Origin: Candidatus Gottesmanbacteria bacterium GW2011_GWA2_43_14 | GTDB lineage: Bacteria > Patescibacteriota > Microgenomatia > 2-02-FULL-39-11 | Reading direction: 5' to 3' | NCBI GenBank assembly: GCA_000999095.1 | Contig: LCFP01000001.1 | Location: forward strand, 74,230 to 138,229 | Length of the DNA: 64,000 bases | Part shown: positions 47,848-58,129 of the stretch, piece after piece | Layout of the letters: each line of letters starts with the position of its first letter | How positions within the stretch are numbered: position 1 is the stretch's first letter | The notes under the pieces: generated by a model | Databases searched by the model: none | Told to the model about the DNA's origin: nothing | What the model saw: the letters and a program-made list of their open reading frames with translations, nothing else | Translations under genes and position numbers: made by a program

Positions 47848-48727
47848 AAAGTTTATATTTGGCCTTTTGCCGCATGATTATACCAAAAACTATAAGCCGT
47901 AACAAAGCTCCGCTTCGCAAAATCACCCGAACTACCGGTAAAAATTTAGGGGCGCTGCGTTTGTAAAGATAAAGCAGCGATTTAAATTCCTCGACAATGC
48001 CGCTTAAACTGCCAGCCGCCGAAGCCCCCTTATAATGACAGACCTCGGATTCAGGCTGGTATACGATGCGGTATCCCTTTTTTATTATCCTTCTGCATAA
48101 ATCCACTTCCTCACCGTACATAAAAATGGATTCATCAAAGGTTCCGGCAGTCTTCAATGCTTCTTTTTTTACCAAAAGACAGGCTGCAGTCAGCCAGCCG
48201 GCTTCCTGCCTTTGGCGGTAAAAACCGGCATCCGTGACATGATACGGTTTTAAAAACTGCCAGATAAAAGGAAAATCATCTATAAAAAACATCCAATAAA
48301 AGATTTTTAAAGGACTCGGGTAAAAACCGGCCGAAGGCTGCAGGCTGCCGTCCCTGTTCAAAAGCCTGGGTCCGGCTGCACCTGTTTTTGCGGCAGCTTC
48401 CAGTTCTTTTAATAAATGTCCTAAAAATCCGGCTTTGACTACGGTATCGCTGTTTAACAGCAGTATATAGCGGCCACGGGCTTTTTTAATACCCAAATTG
48501 TTACCCTTGGCAAAGCCGAGGTTGTTTTTATTTTCCAGAAGAATTGCTTCCGGGAATTGACGTCTGATCATATCCCGGGATCCGTCAGTCGAAGCGTTAT
48601 CCACCACTATTATTTCAAAACCGGTCTCTGTCATCTCAGCCTCTAATGCTTTTTTCAGGCTGGCCAGTGATTCCCTTAAAAGATGAGAGGTATTGAAAGA
48701 GACAATGACGGCTGACAGTATAATCAT
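47819..48727 (-). CDS. Glycosyltransferase family 2 (WbbL-like)
   Basis: VDNASTDGS, GFAKGNN, LLNSDT, FMYGEEVDLC. Confidence 0.93.
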   Translation of the reverse strand: MIILSAVIVSFNTSHLLRESLASLKKALEAEMTETGFEIIVVDNASTDGSRDMIRRQFPEAILLENKNNLGFAKGNNLGIKKARGRYILLLNSDTVVKAGFLGHLLKELEAAAKTGAAGPRLLNRDGSLQPSAGFYPSPLKIFYWMFFIDDFPFIWQFLKPYHVTDAGFYRQRQEAGWLTAACLLVKKEALKTAGTFDESIFMYGEEVDLCRRIIKKGYRIVYQPESEVCHYKGASAAGSLSGIVEEFKSLLYLYKRSAPKFLPVVRVILRSGALLRLIVFGIIMRQKAKYKLYAQAYRLVG

Positions 48728-48736
48728 GGATAGACT

Positions 48737-49330
48737 TCACTGGAACAAACGTGCCCGTCCCAGGCGGTATTTGGGATTTTTATTCTTCCTTTCCCCAATG
48801 GGTTTGGCCGGTACTCCGCCGGCAATTGTAAAGGGTGGCACGTCGCGGGTAACGACGGCTCCGGCAGCCACCACCGCTCCCCGGCCGACGGTAACTCCGG
48901 GCAGGATGATAGCCCTGGGACCGACAAAGACATAATCTTCTATTTTGACAGTACCTAAAGTTGCTGAAAAATCTTCACTGTTTACGTCATGCTCTGAGTT
49001 ATATATCAGGACCTGCGAGGCTATATCAACATGGTTTCCTATTAGAAGCTCGGAGCGCCCGTCAAGAAAAACATTGTCTCCGATAATTGTATCCTCCCCG
49101 ATTGTGATATTGACCGGATTATAAAAATTGCACCACATGTGGATTGTCGAACCCCGGCCCAAACTTATGCCGGCCAGGCGGTAGATAAACTGTCTTATCA
49201 GATGTGATGGAATGCAGCTGGCCAGGCGCAAAAACATCAATTCGATATCCAAAAAAATATTCAGGATTCTGTTCAGGCTTTTTTGCCATAATTCTCCGGT
49301 AGTCAGCTGCCTGCCCATTTTGTCTCTCAT
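48737..49330 (-). CDS. Hexapeptide-repeat sugar O-acetyltransferase
   Basis: Left-handed beta-helix repeats; ILPGVTVGRGAVVAAGAVVTRDVPP...GGVPAKPI. Confidence 0.92.
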   Translation of the reverse strand: MRDKMGRQLTTGELWQKSLNRILNIFLDIELMFLRLASCIPSHLIRQFIYRLAGISLGRGSTIHMWCNFYNPVNITIGEDTIIGDNVFLDGRSELLIGNHVDIASQVLIYNSEHDVNSEDFSATLGTVKIEDYVFVGPRAIILPGVTVGRGAVVAAGAVVTRDVPPFTIAGGVPAKPIGERKNKNPKYRLGRARLFQ

Positions 49331-50457
49331 AGACTTACGCTTTCTAAAATATTCAACAATTTGCGGCTGCTTTTTTCCCAGGAAAAAGCGGCAGCCCTTT
49401 CTTTGCCTTTTCTGATTAAGGAAAGCCTTACTTTTTCATTATAACAGGCTGTTTCCAAGGCCCTTGCCAAATCATCAGTGCTTGCGGGATCAAATAAAAG
49501 GCCTGCCCCCGCCGCAACCTCCGGCAGAGAGGAAGTATTAGAAACAGCCACCGGTATGCCACAGGCCATAGCTTCAACCACCGGAATGCCGAAGCCTTCG
49601 TATAAAGAAGGCTGAACCAGGGCTTTAGCCTGGCGGTAAAGGGCCGGCAAATCCGCATCCGCCACAAAACCTGTGAATACAAGCTTCTTTTTTATTCCTT
49701 CCGCATCCATCTTCCGCAGAAATTCTCCATAGAGCCAGCCTTTTTTCCCGGCGATGACCAGCTGCAGGTCCGGTCTTCGGCGGTAAAGCCGGGAAAAGGC
49801 ATTCAGAAGCCTGTCCAGATTTTTCCGCGGTTGAACAGTGCCGACATATAAGAGGTAATCCCCTCTCAATTGGTAGCGGCGGCGGATGAATTCAGCTTCA
49901 CCCTTTGCTTTTTTGTCATTGAACAGCCGTCTGTTGATGCCCGGATAAACTACCTCTACTTTATCTTCCGGAATATCATAGTGTTTCAGAATATCCGCTT
50001 TGCTGCTTTTGCTTATGGTAATGACTTTGGCGGCGGCGGCAACCGAATAGTCTGTCCAATTCTTTAACTGCCACAAATCTTTCCTCAAAAAGGTTTCGGG
50101 GAAATGAAGATAAGACAGGTCCATGACTGAAACAACTGTTTTTATCGGTGAAAATCTGGGTGCGTAATGAGTTGTAGAGAAAAAAATATCAGGCCTTGTT
50201 GCGGCGGTATAGAGCTGCCAGGGCAGGGCAAATTGCGTCCACAGAAACCGTGGTCCGAAAACGCGGTAACGCCAGAAATCTTTTTCCGGGGGCAGCTGTT
50301 TGCCCGGCTCATCCTTGAGATAAATTTCGACTGCAATTCCGGCATTATGCGAATTTAATAAAAGTAAATGCAGATTTTTGATAAGCTCCAGAGCATAACG
50401 GCCGATACCTACAAGACGGTTTTCGTTGGCTTCATTGGCATCAATCCCGATAATCAT
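49327..50457 (-). CDS. Glycosyltransferase family 4
   Basis: VGTVQPRKN, PSLYEGFGIPVVEAMACG. Confidence 0.94.
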   Translation of the reverse strand: MIIGIDANEANENRLVGIGRYALELIKNLHLLLLNSHNAGIAVEIYLKDEPGKQLPPEKDFWRYRVFGPRFLWTQFALPWQLYTAATRPDIFFSTTHYAPRFSPIKTVVSVMDLSYLHFPETFLRKDLWQLKNWTDYSVAAAAKVITISKSSKADILKHYDIPEDKVEVVYPGINRRLFNDKKAKGEAEFIRRRYQLRGDYLLYVGTVQPRKNLDRLLNAFSRLYRRRPDLQLVIAGKKGWLYGEFLRKMDAEGIKKKLVFTGFVADADLPALYRQAKALVQPSLYEGFGIPVVEAMACGIPVAVSNTSSLPEVAAGAGLLFDPASTDDLARALETACYNEKVRLSLIRKGKERAAAFSWEKSSRKLLNILESVSL

Positions 50458-51599
50458 TCTTTTTTGGCCTTTTTGAATAACTGTTCATAATTTTCCAGGA
50501 CTTCAGCCGCTGTTTTTTGCCAGCTGAATTTCCCGGACTGGATAAATCCTTTTTCCACCAGCTTCCGTCTGAAATCCCCATCCGAATACAGGCGGTAAAT
50601 TTTCCCTGCCAGGTCCTGCCTGTTTTCAGGATCGGCATAGAGGACGGCTCCACCGCCGACTTCCGGCAGGCTGCCCCGTCTGCTGGTTATGACCGGACAG
50701 CCCGATTTCATGGCTTCCAAAACGGTAAAGCCGAATCCTTCATAGAGTGAGGGAAAAAGCAGCGCTTCCGCCCGGCGGTAGAGAGCGGCCAATTCCGTAT
50801 CCGGAACCATGCCGGCATTGATCATGTTCTGCACCTGAGGCAATATACCGGACCAGCCTTTTTTCCCGGTCAGGACGAGAAAAACCTCGGAGCTGCTATC
50901 AGTATCTGTAAGTTTCTGCCGGAACAGTTCAAAAGCTCCGCAGGCTGTCTCCAAATTTTTGCGAAGCTCCTGAGTGCCAACCGCCAAAAAGTATCTGCCC
51001 TTTATGCCGTATTTTCCCAGGACCATACGGTCTTCATTGTCCGTTTTTGCTTGGAAAAGGCTATTGACTCCGGGATAGATTGTCCTGATCCTGGTTGGTT
51101 TAATTTTGAGTATTTTCCCCAAATCAATTTTTGTGCTTTCCGAATCACTGAAAATAAGGTCAGCCTCTTTTTTAACGTGTTCCATTCGCCTTCTTTGCTG
51201 GCTGACAATTAACGGGGAAGAAGTTTCAGGAAAAAGGTAGGCCACCAGGTCATGAACGGTAGTCACTTTCAGGCTGCGGCTGGGGAACTGGATCCAGTCG
51301 GAAGAGTGGAAAATGTCGGACTCTCCCGTCAAATTCTCAATATTAAAGCGGTGAAGGCTGTTCCCCCAGGCTGACAGCAATGTCTGAGGCAGCCGTATAA
51401 GAACCGTCTTAAGTTTCGGGTGCGGCGGCAAATCCCTGACAATCTCCTTCAGATTCTCCAACAAGCCGAAGCTGTAACCGAATAGGCAATAGCTGTTAGT
51501 CCTATCCAGTTTCAAAAGTTGCTTTACCAGTTCCCCGGTATAGTTCGCCACACCGCTGCCGCGGTAAGCCACTTGTGATATATCGATGGTTATTCTCAT
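50454..51599 (-). CDS. Glycosyltransferase family 4
   Basis: TTVHDL, RKN, PSLYEGFGFTVLEAMKSG. Confidence 0.94.
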   Translation of the reverse strand: MRITIDISQVAYRGSGVANYTGELVKQLLKLDRTNSYCLFGYSFGLLENLKEIVRDLPPHPKLKTVLIRLPQTLLSAWGNSLHRFNIENLTGESDIFHSSDWIQFPSRSLKVTTVHDLVAYLFPETSSPLIVSQQRRRMEHVKKEADLIFSDSESTKIDLGKILKIKPTRIRTIYPGVNSLFQAKTDNEDRMVLGKYGIKGRYFLAVGTQELRKNLETACGAFELFRQKLTDTDSSSEVFLVLTGKKGWSGILPQVQNMINAGMVPDTELAALYRRAEALLFPSLYEGFGFTVLEAMKSGCPVITSRRGSLPEVGGGAVLYADPENRQDLAGKIYRLYSDGDFRRKLVEKGFIQSGKFSWQKTAAEVLENYEQLFKKAKKE

Positions 51600-52336
51600 T
51601 TTTGTATATAAACGTAAAATATTTTCCTGTAAGCCGGAGGCCTGTTCAGGCGAATCATCAAAGGCAATACCAGGAGCATGATCTTACGGAAAAAGACATT
51701 GATGAAAAGGTTTTTGGTCATCCAGCCTTTCATTAAAAAATCCCTTAATTTTAAATTTTCATTGTTTTCGATTTCCACTCTGATTTTTTTATTCTGCATA
51801 CGGGCGGCTTTCCTGATGTCGGCGGATAAATCGGAAGGTTCCGGCAATCCGAAACCGATTTGCTCGTCAAAAAAATGGTAGCTTTTGCCGAACTTCTCCC
51901 GGTAATACAGGCTTAATTGCTCATCCTGGGCCTGGGAAAGTTTGCCGGAAGGCACCGCCAGAAAAACGGCTTTTCCGGCTACCCTTATCATTTCGCTGAT
52001 GGCCTGAAACCGCTCTGTTTTACTTAAATGCTCCAGCATATCAACGGAGACAACAATGCGGAAACTGGCGTCGGCAAAGGGCAGTTTCAGGGCGGAAGCT
52101 TCTATTTTCAAAAGGCGTTCGTGATAAGGAGGACTGAAACCTACATCGAGTCCCGTCACCTTCATTTTAATATAAGGCGCAATGCCCAATCCGCCTGATC
52201 CGACATCCAGAACTGATGGTTTACGGTCCAGTTTTTTTATTCTGGCTACAATCGGCAGGTAGCGCAGTGCGACTTCCGGATGCCAGCCCCTGAAAAGGAA
52301 AAGTCCCTTGACGTACTGCTTAAAGCTGTTTTTCAT
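51596..52336 (-). CDS. Class I SAM-dependent methyltransferase
   Basis: VLDVGSGG, LPFADASF, DMLEHL, EMIRV. Likely start ATG 52336 (track gives 52402). Confidence 0.88.
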   Translation of the reverse strand: MKNSFKQYVKGLFLFRGWHPEVALRYLPIVARIKKLDRKPSVLDVGSGGLGIAPYIKMKVTGLDVGFSPPYHERLLKIEASALKLPFADASFRIVVSVDMLEHLSKTERFQAISEMIRVAGKAVFLAVPSGKLSQAQDEQLSLYYREKFGKSYHFFDEQIGFGLPEPSDLSADIRKAARMQNKKIRVEIENNENLKLRDFLMKGWMTKNLFINVFFRKIMLLVLPLMIRLNRPPAYRKIFYVYIQK

Positions 52337-53678
52337 AAGTACGGACAAATCCCACTCCCTCAAAATTATTGACAGAGCTTTCTCTGAAACCGGCAGCTTC
52401 AATCTCCAGCTCCAGTTTCTTCTCAGGATCTGTCAATTCCCTCAGATAATCAAATAAATAGACTTTTTGTTTGCCTGATAGATTTGCCGACAACCTGGCA
52501 AGATCATCATCTTCTACCCGGAAATTTACAGCTGCTCCGATTGCGGGAGTATAGCGTGCATATAACTGGTAAGGAGCAAACGGCTCCGGAAAAGCAAAAA
52601 CCGCCAGGCTTTCAGTTTTTGTCTGATCAACATATGAGACTGCAGCCCGCCAATTTTCCCTCTGAAAAAGGGGATTATAGTAATAAACGGCCAAGCTTGC
52701 CAGGGATATAAAAATCAGAAGATACAGGACAACCTTGACACCTCCGAGGTGAGAAACGATCGACAGGTATAGAAACGGCAGTAAAAAGAGCAGCCTTTGC
52801 GGAGCAACCACCGGCAGAAAAAAGGAAATTAGGATTGCCAGTGTAAACGGCCCCCAAAAGAGGATCGCGTATTCCGTAAATTTTCGTTTGACAACGCTTT
52901 CGTATAGCGACCACAAGGCAAAAACCGCCAGAGGTGAAACCAGCAATAAATATAAAAAATTATTATCCGGGTTTAGCCTGCCCAGGGAAAAACGGGCAAA
53001 AGTCAAGCCTAAATTTCGGAAACTTCCGAAAGAAACTACTTCCTGCCAGCCGGTGAAGCTGCCGCCGAAACCGACGTCCAACTGTCTTTTAACTTCCGGC
53101 AGCCAGGGCAGGAAAAAAAGCAGTGAAACAAAAAATGCGGTGATGAATTTTTTTATATCTTTTTTTTCCTGAAAATAGACAACCAGTCCCTGTCCGAAAA
53201 GCAGGAACAGCGTAAAGTAAGAAGTATACCAACAGGCAATCAGGGAAACGGCAAACGCCGTATAATTTTTTTTCATCAGATAATAGGTTGAAACCAGAAC
53301 CAGTAAGGAAAACAGTATGTACGGCCGGGCTTCCTGGGAATAATAGACATGGTAGGCGGAAACAGCCAAAAGCAACGTAACCGCCAGCGATAAATATTGG
53401 TTTAAACGGATGCGTGCCAGGCGGTAGATGTAAACCAGACTACCCACACCCAGCATAACCGATAATAGCCTGACCCAAATCTCACTACTGCCCCCTTTCA
53501 ACCAGAAGTGAAGAAGCAGATGATACAATGGCGGGTGGAAATCAGCCGCCAAATTAAACTGCTGTAAAAACGGTCTGGAGGACTCAATCACCTGGGCAGC
53601 TTCATCCAGCCAAAAACTCTGATTTAAACCAATCAACCTCAAAATCAGGCCGGAAGTAAGGATTAACAATAATTTCAT
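52320..53678 (-). CDS. GT-C glycosyltransferase (PMT_2/GT39-GT83-like)
   Basis: LRL...QSFWLDEA, DFHPPLY, RLLS, YYSQEARPY; multi-TM. Confidence 0.9.
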   Translation of the reverse strand: MKLLLILTSGLILRLIGLNQSFWLDEAAQVIESSRPFLQQFNLAADFHPPLYHLLLHFWLKGGSSEIWVRLLSVMLGVGSLVYIYRLARIRLNQYLSLAVTLLLAVSAYHVYYSQEARPYILFSLLVLVSTYYLMKKNYTAFAVSLIACWYTSYFTLFLLFGQGLVVYFQEKKDIKKFITAFFVSLLFFLPWLPEVKRQLDVGFGGSFTGWQEVVSFGSFRNLGLTFARFSLGRLNPDNNFLYLLLVSPLAVFALWSLYESVVKRKFTEYAILFWGPFTLAILISFFLPVVAPQRLLFLLPFLYLSIVSHLGGVKVVLYLLIFISLASLAVYYYNPLFQRENWRAAVSYVDQTKTESLAVFAFPEPFAPYQLYARYTPAIGAAVNFRVEDDDLARLSANLSGKQKVYLFDYLRELTDPEKKLELEIEAAGFRESSVNNFEGVGFVRTYEKQL

Positions 53679-54520
53679 TTGTATTTACTTTCCCTGAAAA
53701 ATGATTTAACTACCGATACGGTTACCCCCAAAGAATAAACAGCGGAAAAAGGAATCAGTAACAGTTGCCTGTATTTTACAGACAAAATCAGCGACCTGGG
53801 AATTTGGTATAAGGGGCTGTACCTGAAAAGATTAAAAAGCCGCCTGAGGAGTGTGCCCGAAATAAACTCGTTTTTACCGATCCATCTGGCCTGGCGGTAA
53901 ACTTCCGGAAATGTTTCCGGATTATAATGGTAGCTTTTTGCTCCGGCTGCCAAATCGGCTTTGTAACCGAGTTTGCGCGACAGTGTCCAGTCGTCAGTGT
54001 AACCGATGGGGGTAAAACCACCGGACTTTAAAAATTCGCTTTTTAAGATTGCCCGGAAAACCGGAGAGACCTGCCCGTATTCAGCTTTTATCCTGTTCCT
54101 TCCGGGCAAACCGCCAAAATAATTCCAGCATCTGGAAAGCGGCTTATCCCAGTTGGCGACCTCCTCATCCGTGTTAAAAGTCCCTTTACTTTTTCCCGTT
54201 TTGATGGGAAGAGTCAGTTTCTCCAGAAATTTATGTTCAAAAGTCATGTCGCTGTCGGCAAAAACCAGAATCGTACCGCGGGTTTTGGCGGCGGCAAAAT
54301 TCCTGGCCAAACCCGGCCCCCGGTGGGCTGTTTTACGCAGTTTGACGGAACAATCCCTGTTTGATCTGATGAATTCCCTGACAGCCTCAGCTGTCCCATC
54401 AGTCGAACCGTCATCAACCACGATAATTTCACGGGGCTTCACCGATTGCCGGCAAAGAGACAACAGGCAGGCTTTAATTGTCGATTGTTCGTTATAGACA
54501 GGAATTATGACCGAAATCAT
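53675..54520 (-). CDS. Glycosyltransferase family 2
   Basis: SVIIPVYNE, VDDGSTD, ARN, FADSD. Confidence 0.93.
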   Translation of the reverse strand: MISVIIPVYNEQSTIKACLLSLCRQSVKPREIIVVDDGSTDGTAEAVREFIRSNRDCSVKLRKTAHRGPGLARNFAAAKTRGTILVFADSDMTFEHKFLEKLTLPIKTGKSKGTFNTDEEVANWDKPLSRCWNYFGGLPGRNRIKAEYGQVSPVFRAILKSEFLKSGGFTPIGYTDDWTLSRKLGYKADLAAGAKSYHYNPETFPEVYRQARWIGKNEFISGTLLRRLFNLFRYSPLYQIPRSLILSVKYRQLLLIPFSAVYSLGVTVSVVKSFFRESKYK

Positions 54521-54577
54521 CTCATTATTTTACTATAGGACTTAAAAAAGACGAAATTATATAATAGCATTAGATAT
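54521..54577. promoter_or_regulatory. Divergent promoter region
   Basis: Minus: TAAAAT (54532-54527) 6 nt before ATG 54520. Plus: TATAAT (54560-54565) 12 nt before ATG 54578. Confidence 0.5.
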
Positions 54578-56152
54578 ATGCGCTTCAAGCCGAAACTTCT
54601 TTTTATCATATCACTTATCATAGCCTTGGGACTGTTTTTAAGGTTATACCGCTATGAGGAACTCTTTTACTATGCCATTGATGAGGAAAAGGCGGCTTAT
54701 ATCACAACCGGAATTGCCAAACTGGAACACTTGCCGACTGCCGGTTACCCTTCGTCCATAGGCTTCCGGCAGGGACCGTTATTTTTTTATTTGACCTCCT
54801 TTGTCTACCGTTTTTTCGATCCCCTCCCTGTCACTGTCGGTTATTTAAGCATCTTGGCTTCTGTCGTATCCATGCTTTTAATTTATGCAGTAATGAAAAA
54901 AATAAACCCAAAAACCGGACTTATTGCCGTCTTTTTTTATGCCGTTTCCTATCTTAACGTCCTGTACGAAAGGAGAGGCTGGCAGTTATCGCTTGATTCC
55001 CTGCTTATCCTCACGGTACTTTATTCGCTGCTCAATTTGATTAAAGGCAAACAGAAATTCATCATTCCCCTTTTTCTGTCTCTGGCCATGATGACCAATT
55101 TTGAAATGGCTCTTCTGAATTTCCTGCCGTGGACACTTATGGCTTGGCTTTTTTTCAGGATTAACACGCATCGTAAATTCATAATTATAGGAATAAGCCT
55201 GATAATCGCCGCAAATGCCTCACTTCTGGTTTTCGACCTGAGACACCAGTTTTTAAACAGCCGCTATCTGTTAAATTACTTTATTAGCGATTCATCAATA
55301 CGCATTGCTCCCAATGTTCCCCTGACAGGACAAAGGGAGGTATACCTTGCCCATAATTTATTCCCCAACACTTTAGCCAGAACCCTCTATCCGGCTGCCG
55401 GACATGATCTGGCCATTCAGTATGCCAACTGTCCTCAATATTTGACTTTTAAATACTCCCGCATTCCGAAGATATTACGGCTCTTTGTGATACTGCTGAT
55501 TTTTTATTATGTATATTTTCTTTTTAAAAAAAGGCAAATTCGTGATCTGAATTGGCAGCTGGTATTTCTGGCTGTTTCTTTTATTCTGCTTCATTTTGCG
55601 GCCACTTCAGTTTATACCTATATCTTTCAGGGTGAGATGGCCGAATATTATCTCATCCCTGTTTTCGCATTTTTCTTTATGCTGGTAGCCCTGGCTTTTA
55701 GAGAAATGGTAAATAGAAAGTTGTCACTTCCCGTTTACATATTGATGTTTTTGTTTTCCTGTGCCAACATCATACCCCTGGTTCAGTCAGAAAACAGTTA
55801 CGGTTTGAACAAGAAATTGGCAGCTGTCGATGCCGGACTTCGGGCTCTTGGCAATTCTTCATTTGAACTCTCTTCCTTCCAGACCTGCTGGTATTCCGGA
55901 GGCTACCGTTACCTGTTTACTTATAAAGGAAAGGAGCCTGATAGAAGCTATATGGACCGGTATCTTTCAGAATATTACACACCCGAAGCGGGTAAAAATG
56001 TTGACAGCGAGCTCATTATCCTGACGCCGGAACTGATCGGAGAAAATCCGGCAGGTTACGAGGCATACCGGCATGAAATCATCACAACTTCCGAGCATAT
56101 TGGCACTTTCGGCGCCATCGAAGTCTATCTCATAGATAGTAATGACTTATGA
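54578..56152 (+). CDS. GT-C glycosyltransferase (PMT_2/ArnT-like)
   Basis: FLRLY...IDEE luminal acidic motif, GPLFFY, multi-TM, FDLRHQF. Confidence 0.82.
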   Translation: MRFKPKLLFIISLIIALGLFLRLYRYEELFYYAIDEEKAAYITTGIAKLEHLPTAGYPSSIGFRQGPLFFYLTSFVYRFFDPLPVTVGYLSILASVVSMLLIYAVMKKINPKTGLIAVFFYAVSYLNVLYERRGWQLSLDSLLILTVLYSLLNLIKGKQKFIIPLFLSLAMMTNFEMALLNFLPWTLMAWLFFRINTHRKFIIIGISLIIAANASLLVFDLRHQFLNSRYLLNYFISDSSIRIAPNVPLTGQREVYLAHNLFPNTLARTLYPAAGHDLAIQYANCPQYLTFKYSRIPKILRLFVILLIFYYVYFLFKKRQIRDLNWQLVFLAVSFILLHFAATSVYTYIFQGEMAEYYLIPVFAFFFMLVALAFREMVNRKLSLPVYILMFLFSCANIIPLVQSENSYGLNKKLAAVDAGLRALGNSSFELSSFQTCWYSGGYRYLFTYKGKEPDRSYMDRYLSEYYTPEAGKNVDSELIILTPELIGENPAGYEAYRHEIITTSEHIGTFGAIEVYLIDSNDL

Positions 56153-56748
56153 CACAACTGCATGAAATAGATTCCATTCCCGAAAAATTTAGGGTTAATG
56201 CGGAAAAAATCTGTCATAACCGGGATTCCGCCGGACGTGTTGCTTCCGGAAACGATTCAACAGTCTATCGGCTGGATGGATATGTTTATAAGATATACTC
56301 AGGTGAACGGCTGAAAGAATTAACCCAGAAAGAAATACTCAGGCTAATCAGACACTACCGGGAAATTACTAACAGGGCTGCTGAATTATCAGATTCTGAA
56401 AATTGGCAAATAAAAGTACCTTATCAGGATAAATTTTATCCGCTCAGGGTAAATCCAACTCATGTGGTTATTGAATGCACTATATGCCAAACAACAATCG
56501 GTGTAGCTCCTGAGATTGAAGGAAAAACATTAGACCAGGAAACGTTACTTTTTGATCCTAATGAATTAAAAATAGCTTTGTCAAATACCAGCGATTGGAT
56601 AAGCAACAGATTGGGAATACAACGACTTGAATTAACCGGAAATAATATTAAAGTTTTAGAAGACGAAACCATGGGCAAATACTTCATGGTTACTGATTTG
56701 GCCTCAGAAGTAAGTTTTGTAGCTCTTTCCACCTGGCGGGAGAAATAA
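56149..56748 (+). CDS. Hypothetical protein with protein-kinase-like motifs
   Basis: ASGNDSTVY..YVYK, PEIEGKTL, LELTGNNIKV, VTDLA; ATGA-coupled to the upstream gene. Confidence 0.55.
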   Translation: MTQLHEIDSIPEKFRVNAEKICHNRDSAGRVASGNDSTVYRLDGYVYKIYSGERLKELTQKEILRLIRHYREITNRAAELSDSENWQIKVPYQDKFYPLRVNPTHVVIECTICQTTIGVAPEIEGKTLDQETLLFDPNELKIALSNTSDWISNRLGIQRLELTGNNIKVLEDETMGKYFMVTDLASEVSFVALSTWREK

Positions 56749-56756
56749 AGCTGTAC

Positions 56757-57419
56757 CTATTTTTGAGCACAGAGGAAAAACTGTTTGCCGAAGATTTTCT
56801 GAAGCGGCTTAAGTTTCAGATAGATGGTCAAAAGCGGCGGCCAGAGGGGCAGATATTTGGCTTTGGTGGTGTAGGGCAAAAAAGGATAACGGTAATCATG
56901 AATCCTGAAACCCAATGAATGCAGAACCTCGGATAATGACAGAAAAGTCAGCGGTACTTTGTGGTCAAAAAAATCCCAATATTCACCGCCCACAAGATTG
57001 ATGTCCGGCTGCATGATCAATAGCCGTCCGCCTTTTTTCAAAATCTGGTGTGCCTCGAGCAGCAGGCGGAAAACATCCTCTTTGGAATCCATGTGCTCCA
57101 GAAAATTGCTCATGAAGATGATGTCAAGGGTATTTGGAAGAAAAAGTTTTTTTAAATTTTTGACCGGCGCAATTTTGACCGAAATACCACGGTCGGCAAT
57201 TTTAGCCAAATCCCTGTTGACATCCAGGGCAATCTTTTTTCCGCAGCTGATGTTATTGATGAATTCACAGTTGCCGGCACCGATGTCCAAAACAGTGTCT
57301 TTCTTTTTAACGTACTGCTGCAGAAAATCCTGACAGAGAATTTTCCACAGCCTGTTTTTCCTGATCCTTTCAAAACTCGTAAACCTGGTATCGTAAAGTC
57401 TTTTAACGTCAAGCATCAT
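56757..57419 (-). CDS. Class I SAM-dependent methyltransferase
   Basis: VLDIGAG, SNFLEHM, LKKGGRLLI, YWDFFDH. Confidence 0.9.
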   Translation of the reverse strand: MMLDVKRLYDTRFTSFERIRKNRLWKILCQDFLQQYVKKKDTVLDIGAGNCEFINNISCGKKIALDVNRDLAKIADRGISVKIAPVKNLKKLFLPNTLDIIFMSNFLEHMDSKEDVFRLLLEAHQILKKGGRLLIMQPDINLVGGEYWDFFDHKVPLTFLSLSEVLHSLGFRIHDYRYPFLPYTTKAKYLPLWPPLLTIYLKLKPLQKIFGKQFFLCAQK

Positions 57420-58129
57420 TAATCAAAAAAACGGTAATAAAATATGGCTTTGATGGCTTCAAAAGCGTCAATTACTGTCAGCTTTTTGCCGGCCAGACGG
57501 TCTCTTCCCCTGTAGCTGATCGGCACTTCAATTATTTTTACCTTTTTACGGATAATTTTTCCGGTTATTTCCGGCTCGAAATCAAAATGGGCAGCCTTCA
57601 GAGACAGATTTTTTACTATTTTGGCCGGCAATAGTTTATAACCTGTTTCCATATCGGTCAAATGCACTCCGTAAGTAATATTGGTAAAAAAAGTTAAAAT
57701 CTTATTGCCAAAAAGATAGGCTTTGGGAATTACCGCCCGTCCTGACATAAATCTTGATCCGTATACTGCAAAAACACCGTTATTCTTTTGTTTTACAAGA
57801 GGCGCCAGCAATTTGCCGATTTCCGATGGATTATACTCAAAGTCAGCATCCTGGACCAGAATATAATCCCCCGAAGCCTCTTTAATGCCTGTTTTAACTG
57901 CCTCTCCTTTACCCGAATTCTTCCGGTGAAAAACAATTTTTAATTTCTTTTTTTCTTTGTCCTTTCCCGGCCATTTTTTCAGGATACCGGCAGTGCCGTC
58001 CGTCGATCCGTCATCAACCACCACAATTTCCGTAGTCACCGGCAACTTAAGATGTAACAGTTTATGCAAAACGGGCGTGATTGTTTTCCTTTCGTTAAAA
58101 ACCGGGACTATGATTGACAGATTCATCAT
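57419..58129 (-). CDS. DPM1-like GT2 (polyprenol-phosphate glycosyltransferase)
   Basis: VDDGSTDGT, NSGKG, QDADFEY, VYGSRF, TDMETGYK, FDFEPEI, EVPISY. Confidence 0.92.
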   Translation of the reverse strand: MMNLSIIVPVFNERKTITPVLHKLLHLKLPVTTEIVVVDDGSTDGTAGILKKWPGKDKEKKKLKIVFHRKNSGKGEAVKTGIKEASGDYILVQDADFEYNPSEIGKLLAPLVKQKNNGVFAVYGSRFMSGRAVIPKAYLFGNKILTFFTNITYGVHLTDMETGYKLLPAKIVKNLSLKAAHFDFEPEITGKIIRKKVKIIEVPISYRGRDRLAGKKLTVIDAFEAIKAIFYYRFFD

